Of a stretch of 24,000 nt of DNA, positions 22,070 to 24,000 are shown one piece after another. Numbering within the stretch: position 1 is the first letter of the stretch; the number at the start of each line of letters is the position of its first letter. The translations under genes were made by a program, and so were the position numbers. Location of the stretch: positions 1 to 24,000 of the forward strand of contig JAGGSQ010000048.1 of the NCBI GenBank assembly GCA_021159015.1, written 5' to 3'. This DNA is from Candidatus Omnitrophota bacterium. GTDB lineage: Bacteria; Omnitrophota; Gorgyraeia; Duberdicusellales; Duberdicusellaceae. The notes beneath the pieces were generated by a model. That model did not search any database. It saw only the letters and a program-made list of their open reading frames with translations, and was not told where the DNA came from.

Positions 22070-24000
22070 CAGGGACACATATAGACAAAGGGACAATGTG
22101 AACAATAAGTTATATCATCTTTATCAGGTTCAAAATATTTATCCGGATTTACAATCTCCTCCAGAATGAGCCTTATCGCAGGTATAAACAGCGTATTCAT
22201 ACTTTCTTCTTTAGTTAAAGAAGGAGTCTGAGGAGGGAAGAAGTAGTCTAGATGAGCTTCTTTCAGAGAGTAAAGAGCGGCATTTATATCTGCGGCAGGA
22301 AACTCTTTTTTTAGAACCATAATATAAAGCGGGAGCTGAAAAGACTTTATTTTATTGCGAATAGCTTTTCTATTCCCTAATTCCCGGGCATCTATTTTCT
22401 TGAGCGGAAGAATATCCGTAGAACCCGTTTTGTAATCTATTATTAATATCTTCTCGGGATGAGAGCTAAACTTTTCTGCGCGGTCCAGTTTAGCCACGCA
22501 TTGAAAATCAAAGTGAGGAGAAGGAAAAGAGAAGCGGAATTCCTCTTCTAAGAACAGAATTTCTCCCTGCAGGCGTTTTGCTTCCTGCTCAATGAACTTA
22601 CCTAACCGAAAAGAAATAACATCTTTCAGAAGAAAAGCGTCAGAGTGCCCCTTCTGACCAAAGGTTTTCTCAAACTCCTCATCCAGCATCCGAAAAAAGC
22701 TCTTTTTGAACCCGGCATCCATCTTCCAGCGGCAGCCTCGATAAGGCCAAAAAACCTTCTGAAGAAAAGAATGAATAAAATTGCCTATCTGAGAATGTTC
22801 TAAGTCGCCACTAATATCTTCTTTCTCTCTTAATCTCAGCACATAAGCGTAGTAGAACCTTAAAGGGCAATGCAAATAGGTATCTAAGGCGGTAGCCGAA
22901 TAAACAAAACTTTCTCTTAGATATTGCAATATAGATGATGTCTTAACTATCCTTTCCTTTCCGCCCCTAATTTCTATATTTGTCTTTATATGGAAAGGAC
23001 TTAGAACTCCTAAGCGTTTCTCTTTTCTTTCTTGTTCCCAGATAATTTCTTCCAGGAAGCGGCTTTTAGCTTTTTCTTTATTCTCGGAGAATACGAGACA
23101 GGCTCTTTTAGCACCAGCTAAGAGGCGGCGAAAGTGATAACGCTGGATTTCTTCTTCTGACTTCACTCTTTCTAATCCCAGAGCCAGCATTACCTCGCGC
23201 GGAATAAGCGGCTGGTGAATATTAAGCTCAGGCAAGACACCCTCATTTATCCCCATAAAGATTACATTCTCAAAAGATAAATCCCTTGTCTCGAAAAAAC
23301 CTAAAACCTGCAGGCCTCGAAGCGGCGAACCGGAGAAAGCTACCATCCTGCCTTCTAAACTATCATTAAATACTTTTGTCAACTCAGAGAAACCAAACTC
23401 TTCCTGAGAAAACTCACTTCTCTGCAATTCATCCAGGAGCGCAAGAAGATCATCTGCTACTTTCAAATGAAGCCCATAAAGGCCTATTAATCCTTTCTCT
23501 ATTAACAATTCCAGAAGCACTTTTAAGTTAGCGGCTAAGTCTGAGAAACTATTTACTTTCTCCCAATTAAGAAAAAGCAAACTGTGCAGTTGTCTTAAAC
23601 ATTCCTGTAACTCCGACTTTTTTATCTCTATTCCCAGGCTCCTTAACGTGGCCATCGTTTCTTCTTCAATTCTCTCTTCTTTTTCTACCGCGGCCAGAGA
23701 AATAAAAAGGCTGCTTACTCCCTCACGCGGCCAGAGAAATTCTTCTATTTTATGGACCAATATACGCGTAACAGAAACTTCCCGGTTATTTAATCTTATA
23801 TTCTTACAGTAAGGATGCCGTAAAGCATTTAGATAATCTTTAATATAATATAGACTCTGCCGCCGCGAGAGTTGAGCGTCGAAGATGTTACGTATAAGTG
23901 TATATAAAGGACTGCGTTTAATGGGAAAACCCAGAGAGACATTGAACTCTTTAAGAAGTGAGGCAATGTGCGAGAGAAAAACAACTAAGTTCTCAGGTTC
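22069..24000 (-). CDS. AddB-like PD-(D/E)XK nuclease/helicase subunit with Fe-S cysteines; the 5' end lies beyond the window
   Basis: C-terminal nuclease motif ILIIDYKTG. Cys array YLHCPLRF ... CSHCPFVYMC is typical of the AddB/RecB-family iron-sulfur nuclease domain. The frame stays open from 23760 to 24000, so the listed TTG start is an artefact. Confidence 0.75.
   Translation of the reverse strand, partial: EPENLVVFLSHIASLLKEFNVSLGFPIKRSPLYTLIRNIFDAQLSRRQSLYYIKDYLNALRHPYCKNIRLNNREVSVTRILVHKIEEFLWPREGVSSLFISLAAVEKEERIEEETMATLRSLGIEIKKSELQECLRQLHSLLFLNWEKVNSFSDLAANLKVLLELLIEKGLIGLYGLHLKVADDLLALLDELQRSEFSQEEFGFSELTKVFNDSLEGRMVAFSGSPLRGLQVLGFFETRDLSFENVIFMGINEGVLPELNIHQPLIPREVMLALGLERVKSEEEIQRYHFRRLLAGAKRACLVFSENKEKAKSRFLEEIIWEQERKEKRLGVLSPFHIKTNIEIRGGKERIVKTSSILQYLRESFVYSATALDTYLHCPLRFYYAYVLRLREKEDISGDLEHSQIGNFIHSFLQKVFWPYRGCRWKMDAGFKKSFFRMLDEEFEKTFGQKGHSDAFLLKDVISFRLGKFIEQEAKRLQGEILFLEEEFRFSFPSPHFDFQCVAKLDRAEKFSSHPEKILIIDYKTGSTDILPLKKIDARELGNRKAIRNKIKSFQLPLYIMVLKKEFPAADINAALYSLKEAHLDYFFPPQTPSLTKEESMNTLFIPAIRLILEEIVNPDKYFEPDKDDITYCSHCPFVYMCP

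Noticed and set aside
1-24000. Looked for CRISPR arrays, rRNA genes, IS/transposase genes, reverse transcriptases and type III TA-style tandem RNA repeats
   Set aside because: No regularly spaced direct repeats, no rRNA-like conserved blocks, and no DDE/RT motifs in any listed or hand-translated ORF.

Overview
AT-rich bacterial chromosomal window. Almost every credible gene is on the minus strand. I saw no rRNA, CRISPR array or transposase. All calls come from reading the sequence and recognising motifs; no searches were run.

Layout:
(1) 1-4065 is the right-hand end of an integrated mobile element. It carries an ECF-like sigma gene broken by a single in-frame TAG and two Mu Com-like zinc-ribbon ORFs absent from the ORF track, with hairpins that bury the Shine-Dalgarno (SD) of Com-like ORF 1 and of the sigma gene. 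It also carries a self-cleaving LexA-type repressor behind a consensus promoter and a divergent AT-hook ORF. Its large serine recombinase ORF runs antisense into tRNA-Asn(GUU) and stops in the anticodon.
(2) 4114-8844 is core: recR, dnaX, CaCA antiporter, HD hydrolase, a secreted coiled-coil protein and tmRNA.
(3) 8885-13124 is a visibly more AT-rich accessory segment between ssrA and tRNA-Ser(GCU). Two 52-bp direct repeats (48/52 identical) bracket about 3.9 kb. That stretch holds an SDH-family Clp-fold serine protease fused to a zinc ribbon, a 61-aa acidic ORF, two long ORF-free hairpin-rich tracts, a RelE/ParE-Phd/YefM pair with an operator palindrome, and stacked tRNA-Ser 3'-end fragments.
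(4) 13125-24000 is a nearly gapless co-directional core array: tRNA-Ser, membrane protein, serS, tubby/LOR-like protein, rtcB, archease, tRNA-Lys(CUU), secreted protein, hflC, hflK, SGNH hydrolase, rlmN and an AddB-like nuclease that runs off the window.

Best candidates for something new: the protease/zinc-ribbon two-gene module in the repeat-bounded island, and the Com-like / hairpin / sigma(TAG) cascade in the recombinase element.
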